The notes: a model not told the origin generated them from the letters alone. A DNA stretch of 64,000 nt from Obrimoposthia wandeli (GCA_977020255.1 CDROCS010004457.1:1-64000), one strand, 5' to 3'. Shown: positions 43,416-53,976, counted from the first letter of the stretch. Made by a program: numbers and translations.

Positions 43416-46400
43416 TCAACCTAGCAGTAGCCCATCACCCGTGAACAGGCCGTCCTGGTAGCTTGCTACTCCCACAGCAATCACAAAAGTATCGGTCCGA
43501 GACAATTCGCCATTGTCGAGCCGGTCGACCCAGTAGGCTAAATCTTGATCCTGGAGTGCGACGCCCAGAACATCTTCGCTTAATTGGCTGAAGAAGTTAC
43601 TGTTATCCATCGAAGCCCATTGTTGCTGATAATCACTATCGAGCAACAGTGATTCAGCCAGTGCGGACAGCTCGACCGACTGAGCCGATAAACTGTTTAG
43701 TTCTGCCAGTGTCGGTGCATCGAGGGTCATCAATTTATAGAGTGCTGCCACTGAATGTAAGTTGTCTAGTTCTAAGTTGGAGCCGCTAATATCTAAGCTT
43801 TGGTCAGCAAAGTCGATCTGTTCAACATCGATCAGCGTATCAAGATCATCAGTAAACTGATGCAGCAGGATTAAGCCTTCTGCGTTAATCAAAAACTGAT
43901 AATCGGCCTTGTTCTCAACTTGTAAGACAAGGTCGAAACCACTGCCACCATTTAAGATATCACTGCCAGATCCGCCAACCAAGGTATCGTTACCCTCCCC
44001 ACCAAGCAGGGTGTCTTGACCTTTATCAGAAGACCAACCAGTCTCACCAAGCTTATAATCCTGTACAAGTAGCAGCCCGCCGGTATTATCAAGCAATTGA
44101 CTTCGCAGGTTGTCATGCTGCGATAATGCTAGGAAGCCATCAACCCAGGAGCCCCCATTAGTGATGTAGTCCACTCCTATCTGAATGCTTTGTTCGGTAA
44201 CGGCACCTTCTCCCCATATAGAAACCATCAAGCTAGCCACTTTGTCTTCAATAACCTGGGTTTCCACACCAGTGTTTTGATCTAAATAGGCCTGGTAAGC
44301 TAGGGTTGCCAGTTGGGTCTGCGAATAATTCAGCGCCAATATTGCATTCATATCGCCCACCTCAGGAAGTTTATCAACCGCCGCTAGGTAGAGCCGCGAA
44401 ATTGTGTCCAGCATAGGGGTATCGGTAAGCGTAAATGAAAATCGGGCATCACTTGTCCATGGTTTATCGCTGTTCAAAATAAAATCGAGTTGTGCCTGCT
44501 CGGCAGTTGCAGCGTAATCCGCACTAAACACAACACGTAACTGGCCCTGTTGCGTCAGATGAAAAGAAAAGGTGCCGGCATCGCTCTGACCGCCCTGGAG
44601 AATATCATCGCCACTGCCTCCTTCTAGGTGATCATTACCCTCACCACCGGTGACTCTGTCGTTACCGGCGTCCCCGTACAGCAGGTCGTCACCGCCACGT
44701 GAACCGACTATATCATCGCCATCCCCGCCATGCAGTTCGTCATCATCTGCACCCAGTACAATATTTTGGCTGCCAACCCCTGCGTAAACAATATTAGCAC
44801 CCGCGCCACCGCGCAGTGTTGCAGGGCCGATAATCACGGCAAACTCCACATTGCTTAAATCAAGTTGGGTTCCTGGAGGCAGGTTAGACGCATCAATCAC
44901 TAATGCCTCTCTAACACCGCTCCCTTGATCATTAGCTGTGCCCGTAATCACTATAGCTTGAGGTACCTCCACCACATTATCGGCAAGGGTTAACACAATA
45001 CTATTAACCACCAATCCATCAGAACCAGTGGCGATATCATCTAAGAATTTTTGTACACCGTTGAGTATATTCTCCTTACCGTTATCACTTTCAGATACCG
45101 CGTTATTGGTTAAGGCAATTAATTTATTCAGCGCTTCACTTGCACTTGAAGGAGTATTATCTCCTACTGATACTAACCCTACGCCCACGGGCAAGCCCAC
45201 GGTTGTCTGTACCGTTGATTTATCGGTATTACCATACTGCAGAGGTACGTCAGCCAGATCAGTATTTTGTGTATTACCATCTTCTACGCGGGCACCAATC
45301 ACTGGCTCGATGGTGAGGGTTTCAATCACTTCACCATCAGGGGTGGTAGTCGTTTCTGTAATGACAGTTGCGCCATCAACGATGTCCGTGCTACTAGTAC
45401 TAGGTGTTGTTGGTGTTGTTGGTGTTGTTGGTGTTGTAGGTGTTGTTGGTGTTGTAGGTGTTGTAGGTGTTGGCACCGTAACAGTCACACCATTACCTAT
45501 CGTATCGGCTATATCCTGAGATGTCGCAGCTGCAATCATCCAATTATCTGCACCACCCACATTATACGTCGTTACATCCGACGAACTTGTGCCACTTTTG
45601 TTCAACAACCCATCAACCGCGGTTTTATCCGCCCCTATTAATACTAGCGAAAACTCCGTTGCTGATGTCACTTCTATGTCAACCGCACTGGTAATAGTAT
45701 ATGTTGAACCCGCTTCACCCGTTAACGTCAGTGTCGATATATCGACATCGTTCGTTGCACCTGATTTACCAACGAAGTTGGTGCCTGTCACAACTAAACT
45801 TCCGCTAGCGGTGCTATAGGTTGCAGAGGTAATAACTGGCAAAGCATAGTTACTGACAGTGATAACATTTCCCGCTACATCGCTGATATCTGTTGTAGCC
45901 GCCGCATTACCAAGCCAATTATCCGCCGCCGCTAAATTGTAGGTCGTTGCATCATCGGAGGCTGTACCGTCCTTATTTAAGAGACCACTTATTACTAGGG
46001 CATCACTGTCAGATAACGTCACGCTGAATGATGTTGCAGCGGTAATTTCAACACTAGCACCCGTTAAGGTATGTGTGATTCCACCCTCACCCGTGAATGA
46101 TAATTTTGTTAAATCTATATCATTAGCCGCCCCAGGCTTAGCAACAAAATTTGTCCCAGTGACGACTAATACTTTTGTTGCATAATCAAAGGCTGCAGAG
46201 GTAATCGTGGGGGTTGCTAAGTTCGAAACCGTTACTCCATTGGTAATGTCAGAGATATCGATACTCGCAGCCGCGCCAGTTAACCAATTATCTGCCACCG
46301 CTAAGTTGTAGGTGGTATTACCATCTGATGCCGTGCCATTTTTATTTAATAAGCCATTGAGCAATAACTTATCGGTACTACTTAACGTCAAGCTCGCCGC

Positions 46401-49400
46401 GGTGCCCGAGGTTATCTCTACATTGGCAGTATCGGTCAGCGTATAGGTCGCAGCGCCTTCGCCTGTAAAGGTAAACAGGTTGGCAACAATATCGTTTGTC
46501 GCTCCCGCGCCGCTTAAAAACCCTGTCCCCGTTAGAACTAACACACCTGTATTGGCATCATAGGCAGATGATGTTAGCGTTGGCACTGCCACATTACTGA
46601 CGGTTAGAGGGTTGCCCGCCGTATCAGAACTATCCCCTACTGTTAGATTAGTATTCCAATCATCGCCAGCCGCTATATTAAAAGCCGTACCATCGGTTGA
46701 AATCATGCCAACCTTATTCATAATCAGCTGAAGGGCGTTTTTATCAGTGACACTTAAGGTTAAAGTAAAGCTGCTCAAATCGGTGCGCTCTACACCAGCA
46801 GTATCGGTTAGGGTGTACGTGACCCCACCCTCACCGGTTAAGGTGATGGTACTAGCATCGATGTCGAGTCCACTTCCGTTTGCTTGAATAGCGCTCCCCG
46901 TTACCGCTAGCGTACCGGTGTCTGCGTTGTAGGTGGCCGAGGTGATTTTCGGATTAATTGATACTGTAATGGTGTTGCTGGCCAAATCAGCGACATTATC
47001 CGCGGCATCTGCACCAATCATCCAATCTTCTGCAGCGGCGAGATTATAGGTAGCCCCCCCACTGGAAGTCGTACCTATTTTATCAAGCTTGCTATCAACA
47101 TGGTTTTTATCAGCACCGCTTAACGTCGCACTAAACGAAGTTGCTGAGGTGATTTCGACATCGGTAGTCGTCGATAAGGTATAGTTACCGCCTTCTCCTG
47201 TGAAGGTGAACATGGATAGATCGACATCATTTGTCACTCCCACTTTTTTAACAAAATGGGTACCTGTTACCACTAATATCCCCGTGTCAGGATCATATAC
47301 AGCTGATGTGATGGTCGGCGTTGCTACGTTGCTGACGGTAATCCCATTGCCAGTCAAATCTGCCACGTTAGTGGCAGCAGGCGACCCTGCTATCCAATCT
47401 TCGGCGGCAGCTAAATTATAGGAGGTAGCCCCTGATGAGCTTGTCCCATCTTTATTGAGCAAGCCATTAATATTGAGTTGATCGGTGGCAGATAAAGTTA
47501 AAGTCGCGGCAGTTGCCGAGGTGATTTCCACATTGGCGGTATTCGTTAAAGTATAACTGCCGCCCTCGCCTGTGAATGTCAATAGGTTTGCAACGATGTC
47601 GTTACTTGGCCCCGCTTGGTTAATAAAGTTGTTACCCGTTAAGATCAGCTGCCCCGTTGCATGATCGTAACTAACACTCGTCAGCGTAGGTACTGCGAAA
47701 TTCGAAACGGTAATGCCATTACCGGTCGCATCAACTACAATGACAGCTACACTAGCCCCTACGGCCCAGTCTTCTGCAGCACTTAGATTATAAACGCTAG
47801 CATCATTAGCCGTTATGCCATCTTTATTCAGCAAAGACTCGACCTTGGTAATATCTGTGCCTGACAGCGTAATTGTGAAAGCAGTGTCGTTGGTGATTTC
47901 AACATCAGACGTAGTACTCAACGTATAGCTTGCTCCGCCTTCACCGGTGAAGCTGAATTTTGAGATATCTATATCATTGGTGGCGCCGCTTTTTTTAAGA
48001 AAATGGGCTCCCGTTACGCTCAAAACGTTACTGCTGTAATCATAAGCAGCTGACGTAATAGTAGGTACTGCAACATTGCTAACCGTGACACCATTAATAC
48101 CAGTATCAGCGATGCCAGCACTAGCCGCAATAAAGCCTGCTGCACCATCCACGTCATAAGTGGTTGTACCTGTAGAGGTAGTACCATCTTTGTTGAATAT
48201 CTGGTTAAGTGCTGCTTTGTCAGCCGCACTTAAACTTAATGATACGCTTGTGGCTGAGTCGATTTCAACATTGGCGGTATTAGTTAAAGTATAAGTTGTT
48301 CCTCCCTCACCTGTTAGGGTGATCTTATTGGCGATAACATCATTGGTGGCACCGGCAGTTGCAGCGAAGTTAGTCCCCGTTAGTAATAATGCTCCACTGG
48401 ATGCGTCGTAGGTCGCGGAAGAGACAGTGGGATCAGAAGAAACAGCTGAAATATCAATATTATCAATTTCTAACGTCGCTGCACTAGGAAAGTCAAATCG
48501 AAGTTCATCGATATTATCAAAAGCAGCACCAAATGTTAATGTTCCATAAGGTCCAGCCCCTCCTACGCCCGTAACAACGTAGGTAATATTTGCTGTTACA
48601 CCATCAGTCCTTAAATTAACAGTTTCTGGTGATACAACGAGAGCTCCATCTCTATAACCTGCAATATTGACAGTCGTGAAATCAATAATACCGCCATTGC
48701 CAATATCGAACGAGTTTAAGTTGAAATTGGTTCCATCTGTTGATTTCATTGAGAAATTTTGTTCTAGAGCACCATCATGGTTTATGATCGCACTTTTATC
48801 CCCTCCTCCATCTTGGTTCAGATTTAGAAGCATTCGACTAGTATCAAAAACCCCCATGTGTACTAGAGAATTTGCTGTAAATGTCCAATCGCCAGCAGGA
48901 ATTGAATTAACATTAAACCCGTCTATAGAACCTAATCCATCAAAGTTTTCGCTATTAATGGCTAGTACATTATTAAAATGAGCGGTTTCAAAGGCGATCT
49001 TTGTATCAATATGACCTAACTTAAAATCTAACTCCCAGTCACCTCCGAGTTTTGATGACCCAGTTAAATTTTTAGATGCAGCAAGAGAAGCATTAGTGAT
49101 ATCAGCAACTTTTCGTACAAAGCTCTCACCAATTGTACCTTTTGCAACATTACATCCATATATTAAAATATTAGCGGTTTCCACCAAAGCCTCGCCCCAG
49201 CTTTGCAGAGCGCTTTGGTATTTAGCTAAGTTACTTTGGCTTAAAGTACTACTTCCTATAAAAAGCTCTGCTTGATTACCATGTGACAGAATATGAACAT
49301 CTTGAATATTTGAATGCTGACTTAACGTTTGAGTAATTTGTTCAACACCATTCTGAGTGGGGTCAAGGATAACGACTTTAGTTCCAGCTCTAACCCCATC

Positions 49401-49478
49401 AATAAGAACTTTGTAGTCAGCTACTTTAGTATCAACAAATAATATAGATTGTTCTATTTCATGACGCATGCTCATCAT
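43416..49478 (-). CDS. Large repetitive adhesin-like protein: DUF4347 + 8 repeats + PT linker + RTX + DUF4214-like tail
   Basis: N-terminal LFVDTKV..HILSHG..ILIYGCNVA..LTG...GGDWELD; GGxGxD repeats; YWVDRLDNGELSR tail. Confidence 0.85.
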   Translation of the reverse strand: MMSMRHEIEQSILFVDTKVADYKVLIDGVRAGTKVVILDPTQNGVEQITQTLSQHSNIQDVHILSHGNQAELFIGSSTLSQSNLAKYQSALQSWGEALVETANILIYGCNVAKGTIGESFVRKVADITNASLAASKNLTGSSKLGGDWELDFKLGHIDTKIAFETAHFNNVLAINSENFDGLGSIDGFNVNSIPAGDWTFTANSLVHMGVFDTSRMLLNLNQDGGGDKSAIINHDGALEQNFSMKSTDGTNFNLNSFDIGNGGIIDFTTVNIAGYRDGALVVSPETVNLRTDGVTANITYVVTGVGGAGPYGTLTFGAAFDNIDELRFDFPSAATLEIDNIDISAVSSDPTVSSATYDASSGALLLTGTNFAATAGATNDVIANKITLTGEGGTTYTLTNTANVEIDSATSVSLSLSAADKAALNQIFNKDGTTSTGTTTYDVDGAAGFIAASAGIADTGINGVTVSNVAVPTITSAAYDYSSNVLSVTGAHFLKKSGATNDIDISKFSFTGEGGASYTLSTTSDVEITNDTAFTITLSGTDITKVESLLNKDGITANDASVYNLSAAEDWAVGASVAVIVVDATGNGITVSNFAVPTLTSVSYDHATGQLILTGNNFINQAGPSNDIVANLLTFTGEGGSYTLTNTANVEITSATAATLTLSATDQLNINGLLNKDGTSSSGATSYNLAAAEDWIAGSPAATNVADLTGNGITVSNVATPTITSAVYDPDTGILVVTGTHFVKKVGVTNDVDLSMFTFTGEGGNYTLSTTTDVEITSATSFSATLSGADKNHVDSKLDKIGTTSSGGATYNLAAAEDWMIGADAADNVADLASNTITVSINPKITSATYNADTGTLAVTGSAIQANGSGLDIDASTITLTGEGGVTYTLTDTAGVERTDLSSFTLTLSVTDKNALQLIMNKVGMISTDGTAFNIAAGDDWNTNLTVGDSSDTAGNPLTVSNVAVPTLTSSAYDANTGVLVLTGTGFLSGAGATNDIVANLFTFTGEGAATYTLTDTANVEITSGTAASLTLSSTDKLLLNGLLNKNGTASDGNTTYNLAVADNWLTGAAASIDISDITNGVTVSNLATPTITSAAFDYATKVLVVTGTNFVAKPGAANDIDLTKLSFTGEGGITHTLTGASVEITAATSFSVTLSDSDALVISGLLNKDGTASDDATTYNLAAADNWLGNAAATTDISDVAGNVITVSNYALPVITSATYSTASGSLVVTGTNFVGKSGATNDVDISTLTLTGEAGSTYTITSAVDIEVTSATEFSLVLIGADKTAVDGLLNKSGTSSSDVTTYNVGGADNWMIAAATSQDIADTIGNGVTVTVPTPTTPTTPTTPTTPTTPTTPTTPSTSSTDIVDGATVITETTTTPDGEVIETLTIEPVIGARVEDGNTQNTDLADVPLQYGNTDKSTVQTTVGLPVGVGLVSVGDNTPSSASEALNKLIALTNNAVSESDNGKENILNGVQKFLDDIATGSDGLVVNSIVLTLADNVVEVPQAIVITGTANDQGSGVREALVIDASNLPPGTQLDLSNVEFAVIIGPATLRGGAGANIVYAGVGSQNIVLGADDDELHGGDGDDIVGSRGGDDLLYGDAGNDRVTGGEGNDHLEGGSGDDILQGGQSDAGTFSFHLTQQGQLRVVFSADYAATAEQAQLDFILNSDKPWTSDARFSFTLTDTPMLDTISRLYLAAVDKLPEVGDMNAILALNYSQTQLATLAYQAYLDQNTGVETQVIEDKVASLMVSIWGEGAVTEQSIQIGVDYITNGGSWVDGFLALSQHDNLRSQLLDNTGGLLLVQDYKLGETGWSSDKGQDTLLGGEGNDTLVGGSGSDILNGGSGFDLVLQVENKADYQFLINAEGLILLHQFTDDLDTLIDVEQIDFADQSLDISGSNLELDNLHSVAALYKLMTLDAPTLAELNSLSAQSVELSALAESLLLDSDYQQQWASMDNSNFFSQLSEDVLGVALQDQDLAYWVDRLDNGELSRTDTFVIAVGVASYQDGLFTGDGLLLG
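45403..45473 (-). repeat. 9-bp tandem repeat encoding (PTT)n linker
   Basis: GGTGTTGT(T/A) x7 plus a partial eighth copy. Confidence 0.95.
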
Positions 49479-49649
49479 CCCTTAGTGGTTACACTGAACC
49501 AGTATCATATATTTTTTTATTTAGCGAATAAAAATATATGATACCTAATAAAATCTATAAAGTTTAACTGCTTAAATACTGCATAGTCAACTAATCTATA
49601 TCCACTTAAGCAGTGATAATTAGATATAAGATGTAAATCTTACACCTAA

Positions 49650-50216
49650 TTGAAAGCGCCTAAATCCTTTGCGATTACATAGAAAAATGGCGCTTAGACA
49701 ATGATGCTATCCGGCTTGGATACGAAAGCCCTATCCACACTGAATCAATGAGTTGAGAATTGAGAATTGAGAATTGAGAATTGTAAGGAATTTCTGGTTA
49801 GGGGGAAATAAAGGTGCTGCTACTAGACACGTAAACCAAATTCGTGATTTTTACGAACTAACAGAAAATGATCTATGTGGATCTAATTTTTTTAGCTCTG
49901 GCTGGCAAAGAGTTCCTGTTTTAGAAAAAACAGAGAAACATATTGATTTAGATTTATTTTCGCCAGTGATTCGAAAGAAAGCATTTGTGCAAATAAAATC
50001 AAGCTCAAGTGCAAATGAGTTTAAAAATTATATCAATATATTCTCAGGGTATGAGCAATATGAGGAGATGCATTTTGTGGTTCATACAACAGCAGATGAA
50101 TTAACAAACATTGCAGACGACGGATTAATGTTAATTTAGTGAACTTGGATAGAATTGATGATTTAGCAATCAATGCAGGTCTTGTAAATTGGTTAATTAC
50201 AAAAAGAACCAATTAA
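49650..50216 (+). pseudogene. Degraded PD-(D/E)xK restriction-endonuclease-like gene (5' boundary approximate)
   Basis: Remnants IRLGYESPIH (~49715), IDLDLFSP..AFVQIKS, and after a break LAINAGLVNWLI; no intact start. Confidence 0.55.
49753..49783. repeat. Heptamer tandem repeat (TTGAGAA)x4
   Basis: TTGAGAATTGAGAATTGAGAATTGAGAATTG. Confidence 0.95.
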
Positions 50217-50270
50217 AAATACCTTTGATTTGGTGCATCATATGAATTTTTATCAATATAACTATTCAGC

Positions 50271-50437
50271 CACTGTGACCATATTGTGCCTTCTGCGGAT
50301 ACCGCAATATTAAATTTGTAAACCGCGCCTGTAGCTCAGGTGGATAGACAGGCGCGGATCCGAAGGAAAACAGACAGATGGGGTAATACTAAAAAATAAG
50401 AAGTGGTGCGCCCGGAGGGATTCGAACCCCCGACCAA
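50271..50437. repeat. tRNA-Arg junction module, copy C (arm motif + inverted tRNA 5' half + 34-bp tRNA 3' fragment)
   Basis: CACTGTGACCATATTGTGCCTTCTGCGGAT..GCGCCTGTAGCTCAGGTGGATAGA..CCGAAGGAAAACAGACAGAT..; 50404-50437 matches the tRNA 3' end at 33/34. Confidence 0.92.
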
Positions 50438-50559
50438 GACGCGGCCTAATAGGAAGGCTCATGTTGCCACTTCTAATGTAGAGACTTGAATTACTCAAGA
50501 AACTTAACCATACTCAGAGCTTACCCACCTCACTAACGCAACGATAAAATACTGTTATA

Positions 50560-51204
50560 TCATTCAGAAGCGAAACACATAAATAAACCAGCACCACCGG
50601 TTTTGGTTAACGCATCTGGTGAACAACCACGTGTATTATGGGCGGCATTCCAAGAAGTATTGCCTCCGCCGTGCCGGTCGTGATGACCTACTGTTGCGCT
50701 TCCCGTTGTGGAACTTGTCCAATTACTACAAGTATTGTCTGCTTCTTCTCTGGGGAAGTAAGCTGTCCCATCAGACATTGATCCTGTCAGAAGATCATGA
50801 CGATTTGGTTTATCGCCGCGGCCATTCACTAATGCTCCATTTTCATCTAATGCCGTTGTCTTAATGATATTAGGCATTAGATGCAGTTCATCTAAATCAG
50901 CCGCAATCAGTATGCCTTTTGCATTGTGCCATGGGCCACTCCCAATGCGATCACGTGCAGAGATTCCACGTTTACCTTTTTCCTGCGTACTTAAATAGGC
51001 ATGCCAAGTTTTATCTATGACTCCTGCCGCTTTTGCAAGCGTTTTACAATGTGCGTCAGCTCCCTCTAAACCTCCTAAATCACCACCGGCACCTGTCCCT
51101 ACACTAGTAACAAAAAAACTCATGGGATGACCTTCTGCGGCGTAAATAGGTTGCGACAACGAAGCAACAGATAAACCCAGAACAAGTATGTTTGAAAATT
51201 TCAT
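50560..51204 (-). CDS. Secreted lectin-like / DUF1554-endostatin-like protein
   Basis: Signal peptide; FFVTSVG..GDLGGLEGADAHC..WHAYLST; CSNWTS; GLFMCFA. Confidence 0.7.
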   Translation of the reverse strand: MKFSNILVLGLSVASLSQPIYAAEGHPMSFFVTSVGTGAGGDLGGLEGADAHCKTLAKAAGVIDKTWHAYLSTQEKGKRGISARDRIGSGPWHNAKGILIAADLDELHLMPNIIKTTALDENGALVNGRGDKPNRHDLLTGSMSDGTAYFPREEADNTCSNWTSSTTGSATVGHHDRHGGGNTSWNAAHNTRGCSPDALTKTGGAGLFMCFASE

Positions 51205-51405
51205 AAACCTACCTCTTTATTTTTTAAGGAAAATATAATAACTAGTTTCAAGGGCTATTATCATACGTCTAATTTTGTGTATTTAATCCTGCCAGCCAAC
51301 GCTTTTTCATCGGTGCTATTCAAGTGGAAATCAGAATCTAATTACTGTATTATTTTTACACAGTATTCAAGTAGATAGCCGTAATTATACGTTCAAGAAG
51401 CATGA

Positions 51406-52260
51406 GTGTATTACATGAGTAATATCAATTTAAAACTAAATAAGCAGAGATCTGAAGAGATTTTCGTACTGGCTATGTCGCTATTGCTAGCTTGGCTGTT
51501 AGCTGCCCATCAAGGCACTCAATTCCAAGGCTATAATATATTCAGCACTTACTTGTACTGGACATGTCGAGTTCTAATTGAACTGGCAATGTTTATTACT
51601 GTATTTATCGCACTCGAAAAATACTTGACTAAATATCTATCTGTTTGGTTGCGCTTTGGGCTGGCAACATTCTGTAGCTTAATTCCGTTTACACTACTTA
51701 TAACAGCTCTTGATTTAATCATTGGACTACCAGAGTTAGGACTCAACGGCCCATCCTTTACTTCCACTTCCAGGGTTCGAGAATTTGGATTTGAGCTGCT
51801 CTTCTTGCTCGACAATCATATTCTCTTCTGTGTACTGATCTTTCTCCCTCGTATTCTGCTACTGCTATCTGGGCACACTATTGTTAAAGAGCCTCTATAT
51901 GAAGCAACGAAAAACTCTGATCAGGTGGAAGTAAGAGATATTCATTACCCAGACACCTTTTTTGATGCTTTTGAACCTCGTCTAACAGGCAACCTCTGCT
52001 GTATGGAAGCACAAGAGCATTACATTCAAGTTATCAGCTCAGAAGAATCACGTATGGTATTGCATCGATTTTCAGATGCTGTACGTTTAATGCCGATATT
52101 TCTAGGTATGCAAGTGCACCGTTCACATTGGGTCGCACACTCAGCCGTACAAGAAGTAATTGTTGAAGGACAAAGTATGAAACTAAAACTATCCTGCGGA
52201 AAATTGGTTCCAGTAAGTCGTACTTTCCGTGCTACTGTCGAGAAGAGATATGTTACTTAA
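51406..52260 (+). CDS. Membrane-bound LytTR-domain regulator
   Basis: About 4 TM segments then EAQEHYIQV..QVHRSHWVA..VPVSRTF. Confidence 0.88.
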   Translation: MYYMSNINLKLNKQRSEEIFVLAMSLLLAWLLAAHQGTQFQGYNIFSTYLYWTCRVLIELAMFITVFIALEKYLTKYLSVWLRFGLATFCSLIPFTLLITALDLIIGLPELGLNGPSFTSTSRVREFGFELLFLLDNHILFCVLIFLPRILLLLSGHTIVKEPLYEATKNSDQVEVRDIHYPDTFFDAFEPRLTGNLCCMEAQEHYIQVISSEESRMVLHRFSDAVRLMPIFLGMQVHRSHWVAHSAVQEVIVEGQSMKLKLSCGKLVPVSRTFRATVEKRYVT

Positions 52261-52279
52261 TAATGCAGAGAACTCCCAA

Positions 52280-52428
52280 CTGTGGCCAAATTGTGCCTTC
52301 TACAGATTGCTGGAGCCGCTGTGCACAAATTGTCGTGTAGCTCAGGTGGATAGAATAGTGGGGCCCGAAGGAAAACAGACAGATAGGGGTAATAATAAAA
52401 AATAAGAAATGGTGCGCCTGGAGGGATT
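52280..52428. repeat. tRNA-Arg junction module, copy B (19-bp tRNA 3' fragment at 52410-52428)
   Basis: CTGTGGCCAAATTGTGCCTTC..TGTAGCTCAGGTGGATAGAATAGT..CCGAAGGAAAACAGACAGATAGGG..TGGTGCGCCTGGAGGGATT. Confidence 0.9.
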
Positions 52429-52904
52429 TGAAAAGCATTAATAACTTATTGTTTTATAACTTACCACCTCTATTTTTTTATAAAAGGCCCCACTCTGCAT
52501 ATGTCTCAATTATTTCCTCTCGTTTTTAGCTCAACGAGAATTCCCACTCTGGTTAGTTTGGTTAAATAATTTTTTTTGCTCCAAAGATCTAAAGTTAACA
52601 ACATTGATTACCTATTGAAAACAGCACGAATACGGTCTTTGGGCATTTTTAAACGACCGCAAAATCCTTCAGTAGCTATCAATCAATATCAATAATTTGA
52701 GAGCTATCGGCATTACTATTTTTGGTTTACCTGATGCGAGATTGTAGTTGAGTTCACTCAGGCTTCCCTATACGTCTAATGTCACACCGTAAATTGCCAC
52801 TTCTGTTTAGATACTTGCTTTTGAATCCCAAAGCCTCCACTATTGATAAATCATGGATTGATACTCACGCTTTCTAATTAGTGACTCGTTATAAAGGTTG
52901 TTGT

Positions 52905-53606
52905 ATGTTCAAGATATTTAGATCTTCATTGCTTTTATTAATCTATCCATCCTTACTGTTTGGCGGGCAGACCCTCACGTTTGTACAAATTAGCGCTATT
53001 CCTAGTCAAACGGTCGCGGCTGAGATGTTACGGGTTGCTTACAATAAGATAGGGATATCTATTAAAACAATCAAATACCCAGGCAAAAGGGCTTTAAAGG
53101 AATCAAGTCAAGGGAGAGTCGATGGGGAAGTATATAGAATTCATAAAATTGGCGAAATATACCCTTCTCTTATTAGAGTGCCAACGTCTTTTTATACTGA
53201 TAATGCAGTTGCTTTCAGCAACGGTAATAGTTTTAAAATTAATAGCTGTGATGATTTAAATGACTACTCCGTTGGTATAATAAGAGGAGTGAAGTATGCT
53301 GAAATATGTACTAAAGATGTTGAAAAACTAAACATTGCTGATGACAATGAAACGATACTAAAAATGCTAAATCTAGGTCGATTTGATGTGGTACTTACAA
53401 CAAAGGCAAACGGACTAATGATAGCGAAGAAGTTAAATTTAACTTCGATAAAACCAATATCTCCCCCTTTAAGAAGGCTGGTTTTGTATCACTATTTACA
53501 TAAAAAAAACTCGCACTTAGTACCTAAGATTGACAAGGTATTACAGGAAATGAGCAAAAGCGGAGAGTTAGAAAGAATAAAAAAAAGAGTATTGAGCAAA
53601 CAATAA
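52905..53606 (+). CDS. Orphan SBP_bac_3-like periplasmic binding protein
   Basis: PGKRALKE..G.VDGE, VGIIRGVKY, MLNLGRFDVVL, LYHYLHKK. Confidence 0.8.
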   Translation: MFKIFRSSLLLLIYPSLLFGGQTLTFVQISAIPSQTVAAEMLRVAYNKIGISIKTIKYPGKRALKESSQGRVDGEVYRIHKIGEIYPSLIRVPTSFYTDNAVAFSNGNSFKINSCDDLNDYSVGIIRGVKYAEICTKDVEKLNIADDNETILKMLNLGRFDVVLTTKANGLMIAKKLNLTSIKPISPPLRRLVLYHYLHKKNSHLVPKIDKVLQEMSKSGELERIKKRVLSKQ

Positions 53607-53976
53607 AATCAAAGTGCCTAATAGCAAGAGAACTATAAGTATTACCAACTTACACTATGTTGTGTAATAGGTATAAATAGCATCTGATTTAAGTGTAAAA
53701 GATTTAGCTTGAGGCTTATGTCCTTTTAGTCCTACTTGAGCTTGCCCTTTGCAACGTAGCTTGCGGATTGCTGCCATTCATCATCACCGACATCTATAAT
53801 GTTATTTTGTATGATGTTGATGATAGGACACAAAAAGATAGGTGTCGGGTAATAAACGGTAAAGAACATATAGGACAACCTAGATTAATGCCCACTATAT
53901 TTAAAATAACCAGTTACTAATTCTTCATATTGATGATTAACCAGTGAATTATAATAATTGGAGAAGTTAAACATAA

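Noticed and set aside
45028-48981. Plus-strand ORFs inside the adhesin, including the RCCWCCWCC ORF
   Set aside because: Antisense shadows of the minus-strand gene and its 9-bp repeat.
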